Shown here: positions 39,682-52,560 of the stretch, piece after piece
How the letters are laid out: each line of letters begins with the position of its first letter
How positions within the stretch are numbered: the stretch's first letter is position 1
Source of the DNA: a plasmid
Sequence record: OW969666.1
DNA length: 64,000 nt
Direction: 5' to 3' (one strand)
Program-made: the position numbers and the translations under genes
The notes under the pieces: model-generated
Seen by the model: the letters and a program-made list of their open reading frames with translations, nothing else
What the model was told of the DNA's origin: nothing
Database searches by the model: none

Positions 39682-40838
39682 TGAACCTGACGCCGGGGGG
39701 CAATGCCCCCGTTCCAGCCCAGGAGTTGCGGGTCCGGATCACCTCGGGCGGCCAGGTGGATGCTTCGGCGTTTCGCCTGTATGCCGACGGGAAGGTGCAG
39801 GGTGATGCGGACATGGTGTTCTATGGTCAGCCACGTAACGATGATGGTACCGTCAGCCTGGTCAGTGAAGGCCAGTACTCAACCTTTACTGTCGCGCTCA
39901 ACCGGCTGAAACCTGATGTCCAAAAAATTGCGTTCACCGTGACCTGTGACGGTGGGCAGACGGTGTCCGGTCTTCGTAATCTTTCCATCGACGTGGAGCA
40001 AGGGGCTACCGGCCTGGTTAGCGGCAGTGTCGAATTGAGCGGCCGTCAGGAAGCAGCCTTAATTCTGGGTGAATTTTACCGTCGTAATAATGACTGGAAA
40101 TTCCGCTTCGTTGCGCAGGGGTTCAACGGTGGACTTAAACCGCTGGCAGAGCATTTCGGCGTAAATATTGCCGACGAACCGGCTCCCGCAGCCCCGACTC
40201 CTCCGGTTGTAACCCCTCCGCCAGTTGAGACAAAAATCAGCCTGAGCAAGGTATCGCTGACAAAAGAGAAGCCTGCAATCAGCCTGACCAAACGGGATAA
40301 CTTCGGTGAAATCCGGATCAACCTGAACTGGCACCGGGGCAGCGGCAAATCAGGCTTTGCAGGCATGTTCGGCTCCAAAGGAATCGACCTGGATCTGGGG
40401 GCCTTTGTTGAGCTTCAGGACGGGTATAAATCGGTCATTCAGGCGCTCGGTAATGCATTCGGTAATTATCGCGATGAACCGTATGTTCAGCTCAAGGGCG
40501 ATGACCGGACGGGTGATGTATCAGACGGCGAGTGGCTGCATATCAATGGACGTGAATGGAAGCATATCCGCGAAGTGCTGATTTACGCCTTTATTTATGA
40601 AGGTGTTCCCAGCTGGGACAAGACTGATGGTGTGGTCACCATTCATGTGCCGGATCAACCGCCCATTGAGACCCGCCTGACCGAAGGTGAAAACCGTCGC
40701 ACATTGTGCGCCATTGCCAGACTCGTAAACGAAAACGGCGCAATTAAAGTCGAGCGAATTAACCAGTACTTCAAAGGCCAGGACGAAATGGACCGGGCAT
40801 TTGGCTGGGGATTTCGCTGGAGCGCCGGTTCTAAATAA
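39681..40838 (+). CDS. terA: TerA (tandem TerD domains)
   Basis: 385 aa; TAATG overlap with terZ. Confidence 0.85.
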   Translation: MNLTPGGNAPVPAQELRVRITSGGQVDASAFRLYADGKVQGDADMVFYGQPRNDDGTVSLVSEGQYSTFTVALNRLKPDVQKIAFTVTCDGGQTVSGLRNLSIDVEQGATGLVSGSVELSGRQEAALILGEFYRRNNDWKFRFVAQGFNGGLKPLAEHFGVNIADEPAPAAPTPPVVTPPPVETKISLSKVSLTKEKPAISLTKRDNFGEIRINLNWHRGSGKSGFAGMFGSKGIDLDLGAFVELQDGYKSVIQALGNAFGNYRDEPYVQLKGDDRTGDVSDGEWLHINGREWKHIREVLIYAFIYEGVPSWDKTDGVVTIHVPDQPPIETRLTEGENRRTLCAIARLVNENGAIKVERINQYFKGQDEMDRAFGWGFRWSAGSK

Positions 40839-40860
40839 CACAGCAACAAAGGAAACAGGT

Positions 40861-41316
40861 ATGAGCTTTTTCGACAAGGTAAAAGGTGCCATTAACTCTG
40901 GCCGGGACGAACTGACCCGCCAGGTTGGTCGTTTCAAAAACAAAAAATTTATGCACGGCACCGTTGCTGTATGTGCCCGTATTGCCGTATCGAGTGACGG
41001 CGTGAGTTCGGAAGAAAAGCAGAAAATGATGGGCTTTCTTCGCTCTTCAGAAGAGCTGAAGGTCTTCGATACCAATGAGGTGATCGAGTTCTTCAATAAA
41101 CTGGTTTCAAGCTTCGATTTCGATGTTGAAATCGGCAAGGGCGAAACCATGAAATACATCCTGGCGCTGAAAGATCAGCCTGAGGCCGCTCAGCTGGCCT
41201 TACGTGTTGGTATTGCCGTTGCGAAAAGTGACGGTAACTTCGATCAGGACGAGAAACTGGCCTCCCGCGAGATCGCTATCGCGTTGGGCTTCGACCCGGC
41301 TGAATTTGGCCTCTGA
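40861..41316 (+). CDS. terB: TerB
   Basis: 151 aa from ATG 40861 (RBS AAAGGAAACAGG); MSFFDKVKGAI…. Confidence 0.85.
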   Translation: MSFFDKVKGAINSGRDELTRQVGRFKNKKFMHGTVAVCARIAVSSDGVSSEEKQKMMGFLRSSEELKVFDTNEVIEFFNKLVSSFDFDVEIGKGETMKYILALKDQPEAAQLALRVGIAVAKSDGNFDQDEKLASREIAIALGFDPAEFGL

Positions 41317-41338
41317 TCCACATCCCTAAGGGTAAAAT

Positions 41339-42379
41339 ATGGTTTCCACACACATCGGCTTCCCGACTGAAACGGTCATTGTTTTCATTGCGCTTTCAGT
41401 CGGTGCCATCTTTATTGACCTGTTTATGCACCGTGATGACAAGCCCATTTCCCTGAAGAGTGCGGCGCTCTGGTCCGTATTCTGGGTTGTGGTTGCGATG
41501 GCATTTGCCGGTTTCCTCTACATCCACCACGGTGCTGAGGTTGCCAGCCTGTTTGTAACGGGTTATGCGCTGGAGAAAGTGCTGTCGGTCGACAACCTGT
41601 TTGTCATGATGGCCATCTTCTCCTGGTTCGCCGTTCCTGATCGTTACCGCCACCGTGTTCTCTACTGGGGGATCATTGGTGCCATCGTCTTCAGGGGCAT
41701 CTTTGTCGCCATCGGTACGAGCCTGCTGAGTCTGGGGCCGTATGTTGAAGTTGTCTTCGCTATCATCGTCGCCTGGACGGCGGTCATGATGCTTAAAAGC
41801 GGTGATGACGATGATGAAATTGAGGATTATTCCCAGCATCTGGCTTACCGCATGGTTAAACGCTTCTTCCCTATCTGGCCGAAGCTCAGAGGTCATGCTT
41901 TCCTGCTTAACCAGAAGGAAGTGGATGCCGAACTGGCGAAACCAGAAAACAGCGATGTCACCATTGGCCGTGGTAAAAAGGCGGCGCTGTATGCGACCCC
42001 TCTGTTCCTGTGTGTGGCCGTGGTTGAACTCTCGGATGTTATGTTTGCGTTTGACTCGGTACCGGCAATCATTGCCGTCAGTCGTGAACCGCTTATCGTC
42101 TATAGTGCCATGATGTTTGCTATCCTGGGCCTGCGTACTCTGTACTTTGTCCTTGAAGCACTGAAACAGTACCTGGTTCATCTGGAGAAGGCCGTTATCG
42201 TGCTGCTGTTCTTCATCGCGGCAAAACTGGGCCTGAATGCGACCGATCACATTTGGCATCATGGTTACAGCATCGCGGCGACAACCAGCCTGTATGTTGT
42301 ACTGGGTGTTTTGGCGCTGGGCATTCTCGCAAGCGTCATGTTCCCGGGCAAACCTGAATCTGAGGAAAAGGGGAGCTGA
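41339..42379 (+). CDS. terC: TerC integral membrane protein
   Basis: 346 aa polytopic; conserved acidic residues. Confidence 0.9.
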   Translation: MVSTHIGFPTETVIVFIALSVGAIFIDLFMHRDDKPISLKSAALWSVFWVVVAMAFAGFLYIHHGAEVASLFVTGYALEKVLSVDNLFVMMAIFSWFAVPDRYRHRVLYWGIIGAIVFRGIFVAIGTSLLSLGPYVEVVFAIIVAWTAVMMLKSGDDDDEIEDYSQHLAYRMVKRFFPIWPKLRGHAFLLNQKEVDAELAKPENSDVTIGRGKKAALYATPLFLCVAVVELSDVMFAFDSVPAIIAVSREPLIVYSAMMFAILGLRTLYFVLEALKQYLVHLEKAVIVLLFFIAAKLGLNATDHIWHHGYSIAATTSLYVVLGVLALGILASVMFPGKPESEEKGS

Positions 42380-42427
42380 TCCCCTGAAGTGTTAACCTGA
42401 ACAATTACTAATCGAAGAGGTTATTTT

Positions 42428-43006
42428 ATGAGTGTTTCTCTTTCCAAAGGCGGGAACGTCTCCCTGAGTAAAGCAGCTCCGTCAATGAAAAACGTCCTGG
42501 TGGGCCTTGGCTGGGATGCGCGTTCAACAGACGGTCAGGACTTTGACCTGGATGCTTCAGCATTCCTGCTGGCCGCAAATGGCAAAGTGCGCGGCGATTC
42601 AGATTTCATCTTCTATAACAACCTGACGTCATCTGACGGTTCCGTAACCCATACCGGTGATAACCGTACCGGTGAAGGTGATGGTGATGATGAATCGCTG
42701 AAAATTAAACTGGACGCCGTCCCGTCTGATGTTGACAAGATCATCTTCGTTGTCACTATCCATGATGCTCAGGCTCGTCGCCAGAGCTTTGGTCAGGTAT
42801 CCGGTGCGTTTATTCGCCTGGTCAATGACGATAACCAGACTGAAGTCGCTCGCTACGATCTGACCGAAGATGCGTCCACTGAGACTGCCATGCTGTTCGG
42901 CGAGCTGTATCGCCACAATGGTGAGTGGAAATTCCGCGCAGTGGGCCAGGGTTATGCTGGTGGTCTGGCATCTGTATGTGCTCAGTACGGCATTAACGCG
43001 TCCTGA
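42428..43006 (+). CDS. terD: TerD
   Basis: 192 aa; [15 protein letters not shown]…[13 protein letters not shown]. Confidence 0.9.
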   Translation: MSVSLSKGGNVSLSKAAPSMKNVLVGLGWDARSTDGQDFDLDASAFLLAANGKVRGDSDFIFYNNLTSSDGSVTHTGDNRTGEGDGDDESLKIKLDAVPSDVDKIIFVVTIHDAQARRQSFGQVSGAFIRLVNDDNQTEVARYDLTEDASTETAMLFGELYRHNGEWKFRAVGQGYAGGLASVCAQYGINAS

Positions 43007-43073
43007 TCGAAAAGTAACTTTTCACCCGGGGCTGTTAATGCAGCCCTCATTCAACTGTTTGCAGGAGCTAAAA

Positions 43074-43649
43074 ATGGCAGTTTCTCTCGTAAAAGGCGGC
43101 AACGTATCTCTGACCAAAGAAGCACCAACCATGAATATCGCTATGGTTGGCCTCGGCTGGGATGCCCGTGTAACTGACGGTCAGGCTTTTGACCTGGACG
43201 CTTCCGTGTTCGCAGTAGGCGAAGACGGTAAAGTGCTGTCAGATGCGCATTTCATTTTCTTCAATAACAAAACCAGCCCTGATGGCGCGGTAGAGCACCA
43301 GGGCGACAACCGTACCGGTGAAGGCGACGGTGACGATGAGCAGGTCAAAATCGATCTGACCAAAGTCTCAGCAGATATCAAAAAACTGGTGTTTGCCGTT
43401 ACCATCTATGATGCAGAAGCGCGTAAACAAAACTTCGGCATGGTGAGCAACAGCTTCATGCGCGTTTACAACAACGACAACGGCACGGAAATTGCCCGTT
43501 TCGATCTGTCTGAAGATGCCTCAACCGAAACCGCTATGGTCTTCGGTGAACTGTATCGTCATGGCGCTGAGTGGAAGTTTAAAGCTGTCGGTCAGGGCTT
43601 TGCCGGTGGCCTGGCGGCTCTTGCCTCCCAGCACGGCGTTAACATCTAA
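43074..43649 (+). CDS. terE: TerE
   Basis: 191 aa from the internal ATG ([15 protein letters not shown]…); RBS GCAGGAG. Confidence 0.9.
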   Translation: MAVSLVKGGNVSLTKEAPTMNIAMVGLGWDARVTDGQAFDLDASVFAVGEDGKVLSDAHFIFFNNKTSPDGAVEHQGDNRTGEGDGDDEQVKIDLTKVSADIKKLVFAVTIYDAEARKQNFGMVSNSFMRVYNNDNGTEIARFDLSEDASTETAMVFGELYRHGAEWKFKAVGQGFAGGLAALASQHGVNI

Positions 43650-43666
43650 AACAACGCTGAATCATA

Positions 43667-43691
43667 CCCCGGCAATGCCGGGGTTTTTTTT
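43667..43691 (+). terminator. Rho-independent terminator after terE
   Basis: ccccggcaatgccgggg followed by T8. Confidence 0.8.
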
Positions 43692-44077
43692 GGTTGCGAT
43701 CCGCTTTCAGGAGGGAGTAGTAGAAAGGGGACTGGAAATTTCAGAAAGCAGGTCATGTTAATTCAGACCTGAGCCTTTTAAAGGCAGGAAACGGATTTAT
43801 CTCTGGTTGCTGGTTAAAGCCGGTATTCCGTGCCTTTTATCAACAGAATGCCCCTCTGATATATGTTACTTTTGCGGTTTATGAAGGAACGGGATCTGGA
43901 ACATAAGATACCCGGTCAATCAAAATTCCAGTTCAACAGGTATAGAAACTTCAGCGTGATGAAATATGGTGTCACACCATATATACGCCTCACCAGAAAT
44001 CCAGCGTCCTGAACTAAGCCTGGGGAACATATATAAGCGCTGCGCTTTAAAAATAATCAAAAATCAGGAGAGTTAAT

Positions 44078-44668
44078 GTGAATCTACAATCCGGACAAAA
44101 CATACCGCTTCAGCAATCTGCGATCAGGCTGAATCTTCAGTACCCTGCCAAATCCGGCTTTAAAGGCGAACCCGATACCTGCCTCTTCCTGCTTAATGCT
44201 CAGGGAAAGGTAACCGGCGATTCTGACTTTATCTTTTATAATAATCTGTCTTCTCCTGAAGGGGCAGTAAAGCTCGTTACCGGTTCTCAGCAGTCCAGCA
44301 TTGAGATAGCACTGGATCGTGTTCCGGCGAACGTCAGTAAGATTGCGATCACCGTTGTCATTGATGGTGAAGATACTATCAGTGGGCTCAGTTTATTGAG
44401 CATTCAGGCTCCTGGTATCGCTGATTTTCAGGCTGAGACTCAGGGCCGCAGTGAGAAAGCAATCATCCTGGGTGAAGTATATCGGCACAATGGCGCCTGG
44501 AAGCTTCGTGCGCTCGGGCAGGGTTTCAACGGTGGTCTTGAGCCTCTGGCCATTAGCTTTGGCGTTGATGTCGCACAGCCAGCTCCGCAGCCAGCAAAGC
44601 CTGCTCGTATCAGTCTGGAAAAGAAACTTGAAACCAGATCTCCGCGCCTCGTAAGCCTCGCTAAAAAA
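44078..44668 (+). pseudogene. terF: terF truncated at its 3' end by IS26 (about 197 of ~410 codons retained)
   Basis: TerD-domain N-terminus; the reading frame runs into the IS26 left inverted repeat at ~44669. Confidence 0.75.
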
Positions 44669-45488
44669 GGCACTGTTGCAAATAGTCGGTGGTGATAAAC
44701 TTATCATCCCCTTTTGCTGATGGAGCTGCACATGAACCCATTCAAAGGCCGGCATTTTCAGCGTGACATCATTCTGTGGGCCGTACGCTGGTACTGCAAA
44801 TACGGCATCAGTTACCGTGAGCTGCAGGAGATGCTGGCTGAACGCGGAGTGAATGTCGATCACTCCACGATTTACCGCTGGGTTCAGCGTTATGCGCCTG
44901 AAATGGAAAAACGGCTGCGCTGGTACTGGCGTAACCCTTCCGATCTTTGCCCGTGGCACATGGATGAAACCTACGTGAAGGTCAATGGCCGCTGGGCGTA
45001 TCTGTACCGGGCCGTCGACAGCCGGGGCCGCACTGTCGATTTTTATCTCTCCTCCCGTCGTAACAGCAAAGCTGCATACCGGTTTCTGGGTAAAATCCTC
45101 AACAACGTGAAGAAGTGGCAGATCCCGCGATTCATCAACACGGATAAAGCGCCCGCCTATGGTCGCGCGCTTGCTCTGCTCAAACGCGAAGGCCGGTGCC
45201 CGTCTGACGTTGAACACCGACAGATTAAGTACCGGAACAACGTGATTGAATGCGATCATGGCAAACTGAAACGGATAATCGGCGCCACGCTGGGATTTAA
45301 ATCCATGAAGACGGCTTACGCCACCATCAAAGGTATTGAGGTGATGCGTGCACTACGCAAAGGCCAGGCCTCAGCATTTTATTATGGTGATCCCCTGGGC
45401 GAAATGCGCCTGGTAAGCAGAGTTTTTGAAATGTAAGGCCTTTGAATAAGACAAAAGGCTGCCTCATCGCTAACTTTGCAACAGTGCC
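44669..45488 (+). mobile_element. IS26 (820 bp), no flanking direct repeat
   Basis: 14-bp inverted repeats GGCACTGTTGCAAA…TTTGCAACAGTGCC; flanks are ctaaaaaa and ctcgaaaa (not identical). Confidence 0.95.
44732..45436 (+). CDS. tnpA: IS26 transposase Tnp26, 234 aa
   Basis: MNPFKGRHFQRDIILWAVRWYCKYGISYRELQEM… full-length match to IS6-family Tnp26. Confidence 0.95.
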   Translation: MNPFKGRHFQRDIILWAVRWYCKYGISYRELQEMLAERGVNVDHSTIYRWVQRYAPEMEKRLRWYWRNPSDLCPWHMDETYVKVNGRWAYLYRAVDSRGRTVDFYLSSRRNSKAAYRFLGKILNNVKKWQIPRFINTDKAPAYGRALALLKREGRCPSDVEHRQIKYRNNVIECDHGKLKRIIGATLGFKSMKTAYATIKGIEVMRALRKGQASAFYYGDPLGEMRLVSRVFEM

Positions 45489-45710
45489 CTCGAAAATAGT
45501 TCTTGAAATTCTATTCTTGATTGCATATCATCTCAACGAGTTTCGATAAGAAAGGATGCGCATGCGACCGTCTGGTTCGCTGGTGGGCAAGGAGGCAGCA
45601 GCCGACACGCTCATCGGCAACTGCACGACCGCACGACCAGCCTCCCGTTCAAATTCGAGTTAGAACTCATATCCAGCCTGTCTGGGGGCACTGTGAAAGA
45701 GGGATCTCCG

Positions 45711-46067
45711 ATGACTGTTGAATCGAGAATATTTTCTGTAGCCGAGTATGTTCAGCCGTCCGAAGGCGAGCCTATTCGTTCCGTTGTGCTTGAAACCCGA
45801 GACTCAATTATCGTGGTTTGGCATGTCCATCCCGGGCAGGAAATTGCGGCTCACATTCATCCTCACGGCCAAGACACGTGGACTGTTTTGTCGGGAATGG
45901 CTGATTACTTTCAGGGCAATGGGATTGTTCGTGCCCTCAGGGAAGGTGAGATAGCCGTGGCAAGACCGGGCCAAGTGCACGGGGCGCGAAATACAGGTAC
46001 CGAGCCATTTGTGTTCGTCTCGGTTGTGGCATCAGCCAATGCCGGTTTCGTATTGGCTGAGCGATAG
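45711..46067 (+). CDS. Cupin-domain protein, ~118 aa
   Basis: Two-His motifs HVHPGQEIAAHIHPHGQD…G…H typical of the cupin fold. Confidence 0.55.
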   Translation: MTVESRIFSVAEYVQPSEGEPIRSVVLETRDSIIVVWHVHPGQEIAAHIHPHGQDTWTVLSGMADYFQGNGIVRALREGEIAVARPGQVHGARNTGTEPFVFVSVVASANAGFVLAER

Positions 46068-46321
46068 AGCCCAATCTCTGGAGTTGGTCCAATGAGCGGT
46101 CGGGGAGATAGGTAACAGACATGCAGCGGACACGGCTGCTAAACCAGGTCGCAAACCTCCTTGCGTCGCAGCGTGCCGCAAGCGACGCGATCAATCGAAT
46201 GGGGTCGGCATGAGACTGAACACCATCCAGTTCCCGACCGCGTAGCCGCCTGTCCTGCCGATCAGGTCTTGACCATCGACGCCTGGGATCAGTCCTGAAT
46301 GTTCTTGGAGACCACTACGTT

Positions 46322-46648
46322 ATGAGCCGCAGCCGCCGCAAAACACCCATCGTCGGGCACACGACCTGCGGCAGCGAGCGCGAGGACAAGAAGCTCTGGC
46401 ATCAGCGCTGGCGCACCCGTGAGCGCACGGCGCTGACCAGCGCGTCGCCCGAAGCCCTGAGCGCCCATCTGCCCCTGCTGGAAAACCAGGCCAGCAGCGT
46501 CTGGTCGATGGGCAAGGATGGCCGCTCCTACTGGCCCGTCAAGCGCCAGGCCGCCACGGCGGATCGCATCGCCAATCACAAGGGACGCAACCCGCAAGAA
46601 CGCGCCTCCCTGAAAAAGCGCCTGCTGCGCAAGTGGATGAGCAAATGA
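46322..46648 (+). CDS. Hypothetical basic protein, 108 aa; first gene of a four-gene recombinase operon
   Basis: ATGA overlap with the next gene. Confidence 0.5.
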   Translation: MSRSRRKTPIVGHTTCGSEREDKKLWHQRWRTRERTALTSASPEALSAHLPLLENQASSVWSMGKDGRSYWPVKRQAATADRIANHKGRNPQERASLKKRLLRKWMSK

Positions 46649-46700
46649 AGCTCTCCTTCCATCAGCACATTGCGCTGTTCTGGATGATCGGTGCTCCGGG
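46645..46700 (+). pseudogene. 5' fragment of a 3-TM membrane-protein gene split by the Tn5053-family insertion
   Basis: Frame …MIGAPG continues in frame across the removed transposon into 56475-56924 (…VFAPVIENAK…). Confidence 0.6.
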
Positions 46701-46725
46701 TGTCACTTTCAGAAGGCGACAGCAC
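46701..46725 (+). repeat. Tn402/Tn5053-type IRi
   Basis: 21 of 25 identical to IRt in inverse orientation. Confidence 0.8.
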
Positions 46726-46785
46726 GAAATATCAAAAGTCGACCGCACGGTCTTTTCTGACGTTGGAGTCGCCTCAGAAAACGGA

Positions 46786-48112
46786 ATCTATGGTCACTCC
46801 CGTTTTTGCAACACCGATTTTGACGACAAGTTGGCTTGCTTGAATCTATCCGGCGTCTGAATGGGATTTTATTCCCGCGCCTTGATGAGTTCCGCGCCTG
46901 ATGAACCTCCAGAAAATATACGGCTTCAATGAGCCTTTCCGTTTTACAGGTTCCTCAACAGGCCGGTGGGCCGTTAGTATCATCAATATCAGTATTCGCA
47001 AAACCAGATCAGTAATTCTTTAAACCGGTGTATTTCTGCCGTTATGCTACATAAGTTTGCTGTCGTGCCGTTAGGGCCCAGGCTATTCTGGCCAGCTTGT
47101 TTGCCAGAGCACAAGTGACGACAAAGTTGCTTTTCCGGCACAGTAAATCCCTGACCCAATCGGCCAATTTGCCAGACTGGTGTTCCAGTTTTTGTATGAA
47201 TACCCTGGCACATTGAACCAACAAAGTTCGGATCTTTTTATTACCTCGCTTACTAATTCCCAGCAATGTCGTCCTACCTCCCGTGCTGTACTGCCGAGGT
47301 ACAAGCCCTGTTGCCGCCGCAAAGTCACGGCTGCTGGCGTACTGCTTCCCGTCGCCAATCTCAGTTGAAATAGTACTCGCTGTCAGTGTTCCGACGCAGG
47401 GAATGCTCAGCAAGCGCTGTCCAACCTCATCTTCGTCCAACTTTCGTTTCAACTGGGATTCCAAATCTTTAATCTGCTCAACAAGATAGTGATAATGCTG
47501 TTGTAATTTCAGCAATAACTGGCTGAGGTAAAGAGGCAAACTATTATCCTCAAGAATGGTACTCAGTCGGCTAATAACGGCAGCTCCTCGGGGAACGCTA
47601 ATGCCAAATTCCAGCAGAAAAGCATGCATTTGATTGGTTGTTTTTACCTTATCCTGAACCAGGGATTCACGGACACGATGCAGAGCCCGCATTGCCTGCT
47701 GAGATTCCGTTCTGGGCTGCACAAAACGCATAGACGGACGCGATGCAGCTTCACAAATAGCTTCGGCGTCGACAAAGTCGTTTTTATTGCTTTTAACGAA
47801 CGGGCGGACAAATTGTGGTGATATCAGCTTTGGGGAATGCCCCAACTCTTCCAACTTGCGTGCCATAAAGTGAGAACCGCCACAGGCTTCCATTGCGATG
47901 GTTGTAGCGGGGCATGTCGCCAAAAATTCGATCAACTTTGGCCGGGTAAATTTTTTACGGTAAACAGCCTTCCCGCGACGATCCTGGCAATGAATATGGA
48001 AAGAGTTTTTACCCAGATCGATACCAATGAGCGCAATGTTTTCCATGATAGTTCTCCGAATGAAAGCCTGTCCTCAGCATAGTACCGGGAAGGAGGGAGT
48101 GACCATCTCATT
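46786..48112 (-). mobile_element. IS4321/IS5075-like element (IS110 family, IS1111 group), 1327 bp, copy 1
   Basis: Inserted at the characteristic position inside a Tn21-type inverted repeat; identical inverted copy at 57855-59181. Confidence 0.9.
47042..48046 (-). CDS. IS110-family transposase, 334 aa
   Basis: MENIALIGIDLGKNSFHIH… N-terminal DEDD RuvC-like region typical of IS110/IS1111 transposases. Confidence 0.9.
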   Translation of the reverse strand: MENIALIGIDLGKNSFHIHCQDRRGKAVYRKKFTRPKLIEFLATCPATTIAMEACGGSHFMARKLEELGHSPKLISPQFVRPFVKSNKNDFVDAEAICEAASRPSMRFVQPRTESQQAMRALHRVRESLVQDKVKTTNQMHAFLLEFGISVPRGAAVISRLSTILEDNSLPLYLSQLLLKLQQHYHYLVEQIKDLESQLKRKLDEDEVGQRLLSIPCVGTLTASTISTEIGDGKQYASSRDFAAATGLVPRQYSTGGRTTLLGISKRGNKKIRTLLVQCARVFIQKLEHQSGKLADWVRDLLCRKSNFVVTCALANKLARIAWALTARQQTYVA

Positions 48113-48145
48113 AAATAAAGCACGCTAAGGCGTAGTTCCCTCGGG

Positions 48146-48580
48146 CTACACCGCGTCCGCACTGCGCGGTTCTTTCTTCCCTTGCAGTGACGCAATCAGC
48201 GGGCAGGAAACGTTCCCCTTCCGCGCATGGCAGGCGCACACCAAATCAGACAGCACGGCCTCCATGCGCGCCAGGTCAGCCATCCTCTCGCGCACGTCCT
48301 TGAGCTTGTGCTCGGCCAGGCTGCTGGCTTCCTCGCAATGGGTGCCATCCTCCAGCCGCAGCAGCTCGGCGATCTCATCCAGGCTGAAACCCAACCGCTG
48401 GGCTGATTTCACGAAGCGCACCCGCGTTACATCCGTCTCGCCATAGCGGCGAATGCTGCCGTAAGGCTTGTCCGGTTCCGGGAGCAAGCCCTTGCGCTGA
48501 TAGAACCGGATGGTCTCCACATTGACCCCGGCCGTCCTGGCGAAAACGCCAATGGTCAGGTTCTCCAAATTGTTTTCCAT
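48146..48580 (-). CDS. merR: MerR mercury-responsive regulator
   Basis: [14 protein letters not shown]… near-identical to Tn21/Tn501 MerR. Confidence 0.95.
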   Translation of the reverse strand: MENNLENLTIGVFARTAGVNVETIRFYQRKGLLPEPDKPYGSIRRYGETDVTRVRFVKSAQRLGFSLDEIAELLRLEDGTHCEEASSLAEHKLKDVRERMADLARMEAVLSDLVCACHARKGNVSCPLIASLQGKKEPRSADAV

Positions 48581-48651
48581 ATCGCTTGACTCCGTACATA
48601 ACTACGGAAGTAAGCTTAAGCTATCCAATTCAGATTCGAAAGGACAAACGT
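48581..48651. promoter_or_regulatory. mer operator/promoter (divergent PmerR/PmerT)
   Basis: Intergenic region between divergent merR and merT; dyad tccgtacat-N-ctacggaag. Confidence 0.7.
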
Positions 48652-49002
48652 ATGTCTGAACCTCAAAACGGGCGCGGCGCGCTCTTCACTGGCGGGCTGG
48701 CCGCCATCCTCGCCTCGGCTTGCTGCCTCGGGCCGCTGGTTCTGATCGCCTTGGGGTTCAGCGGCGCTTGGATCGGCAACTTGACGGTGTTGGAACCCTA
48801 TCGCCCCATCTTTATCGGCGTGGCGCTGGTGGCGTTGTTCTTCGCCTGGCGGCGCATCTACCGGCCGTCAGCCGCCTGCAAACCGGGTGAGGTTTGCGCG
48901 ATTCCCCAAGTGCGAGCTACTTACAAGCTCATTTTCTGGGGCGTGGCCGTGCTGGTTTTGGTCGCGCTCGGATTTCCCTACGTCGTGCCATTTTTCTATT
49001 GA
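48652..49002 (+). CDS. merT: MerT mercuric ion transporter
   Basis: 116 aa; CC pair in the first TM helix. Confidence 0.95.
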   Translation: MSEPQNGRGALFTGGLAAILASACCLGPLVLIALGFSGAWIGNLTVLEPYRPIFIGVALVALFFAWRRIYRPSAACKPGEVCAIPQVRATYKLIFWGVAVLVLVALGFPYVVPFFY

Positions 49003-49017
49003 TCACAGGAGTTCACC

Positions 49018-51184
<2,167 letters not shown>

Positions 51185-51200
51185 AAAAAGGAGGTTTTCA

Positions 51201-51566
51201 ATGAGCGCCTACACCGTGTCCCGGCTGGCCCTTGATGCCGGGGTGAGCGTGCATATCGTGCGCGACTACCTGCTGCGCGGATTGCTGCGTCCGGTGGCGT
51301 GCACCCCGGGCGGCTATGGCCTGTTCGATGATGCCGCCTTGCAACGGCTGTGCTTCGTGCGGGCGGCCTTCGAGGCGGGCATCGGCCTGGACGCGCTGGC
51401 GCGGCTGTGCCGGGCGCTGGATGCTGCGGACGGCGATGAAGCGGCCGCGCAGCTTGCCGTTCTGCGCCAGTTCGTCGAGCGTCGGCGCGAAGCGTTGGCC
51501 GATCTGGAGGTGCAGTTGGCCACCATGCCGACCGAGCCGGCACAGCACGCGGAGAGTCTGCCATGA
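51201..51566 (+). CDS. merD: MerD co-regulator
   Basis: 121 aa MerR-like HTH. Confidence 0.9.
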   Translation: MSAYTVSRLALDAGVSVHIVRDYLLRGLLRPVACTPGGYGLFDDAALQRLCFVRAAFEAGIGLDALARLCRALDAADGDEAAAQLAVLRQFVERRREALADLEVQLATMPTEPAQHAESLP

Positions 51567-51799
51567 ACAGCCCCGAGCGCTTGCCGTCCGAGACGCACAA
51601 ACCGATCACCGGCTACCTGTGGGGCGCGCTGGCCGTGCTCACCTGTCCCTGCCATTTGCCGATTCTCGCCATTGTGCTGGCCGGCACGACGGCCGGCGCG
51701 TTCATCGGAGAGTACTGGGGTATCGCAGCCCTCACGCTGACCGGTTTGTTCGTCCTGTCTGTGACACGACTGCTGCGGGCCTTCAAAGATCGATCATGA
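51563..51799 (+). CDS. merE: MerE
   Basis: 78 aa, two TM helices, CPC motif. Confidence 0.85.
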   Translation: MNSPERLPSETHKPITGYLWGALAVLTCPCHLPILAIVLAGTTAGAFIGEYWGIAALTLTGLFVLSVTRLLRAFKDRS

Positions 51800-51851
51800 G
51801 CGCTTCCCATTGAGACAAACCACGCTGTCGCTACGTTGCCTCATGCCGGCA

Positions 51852-52466
51852 TCAAATTCGGCTGAGTAGCTTCTCGCCATCTGGACGTAGCTCACCCTTG
51901 GGTGAAACATGCCGATACAGGGTCTGCCGCGTGACGCCAAGTTCCTGGCACAGGTCGCCGACCTTGGTCTCTGGCTGACCCATTGCCGCCATCGCCAGCC
52001 GCAGCTTGGCGGCGGTCATCTTGAACGGCCGGCCGCCTTTCCGCCCGCGCGCGCGGGCCGAGGCTAGGCCGGCAATCGTGCGCTCCGCGATCAACTCGCG
52101 CTCGAACTCGGCCAGGGCGGCGAAGATGCCAAAGACCAGCTTGCCGGCGGCGGTCGTGGTGTCGATGGCCGCGCCGTGCCCGGTTAATACCTTCAAGCCG
52201 ATGCCGCGCCCAGTCAGGTCGTGCACGGTGTTGATGAGATGTCGCAGGTCGCGTCCGAGCCGATCCAGTTTCCACACGACCAGTGTGTCGCCAGTTCGCA
52301 ACGCCTTCAGGCAGCTCGTCAAGCCGGGCCGATCCTCGCGCATGCCGGATGCCTGGTCCTCGTAAAGATGTACTGGATCGACCCCGGCGGCAATCAGCGC
52401 GTCGCGCTGCAAATCGGTAGCCTGGGAGCCGTCCGCCTTCGATACCCGCATGTAGCCTATCAGCAT
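51852..52466 (-). CDS. tniR: TniR (TniC) serine resolvase of the Tn402/Tn5053 tni module
   Basis: MLIGYMRVSKADGSQATDLQRDAL…; 204 aa. Confidence 0.9.
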   Translation of the reverse strand: MLIGYMRVSKADGSQATDLQRDALIAAGVDPVHLYEDQASGMREDRPGLTSCLKALRTGDTLVVWKLDRLGRDLRHLINTVHDLTGRGIGLKVLTGHGAAIDTTTAAGKLVFGIFAALAEFERELIAERTIAGLASARARGRKGGRPFKMTAAKLRLAMAAMGQPETKVGDLCQELGVTRQTLYRHVSPKGELRPDGEKLLSRI

Positions 52467-52560
52467 GTCGTACCTGTCACATATACGTTCGATTATGTGA
52501 CAGTGTGAGCCAGAAAGCTCTCGCCGTCAAAAACTGTCACTTAACCCGTCATTTAGTCTA
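52467..52560. promoter_or_regulatory. Putative res site of the tni module (extent uncertain)
   Basis: TGTCACATATACGTTCGATTATGTGACA imperfect palindrome plus further TGTCAC repeats between tniR and tniQ. Confidence 0.5.

Larger units (their letters stand above)
46764..48128 (+). repeat. Tn21-family 38-bp inverted repeat vestige next to merR, interrupted by IS4321-like (22-nt part ~46764-46785, 16-nt part ~48113-48128)
   Basis: GGAGTCGCCTCAGAAAACGGAA | IS | AATAAAGCACGCTAAG, compare Tn21/Tn1696 GGGGTCGTCTCAGAAAACGGAAAATAAAGCACGCTAAG. Confidence 0.8.
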
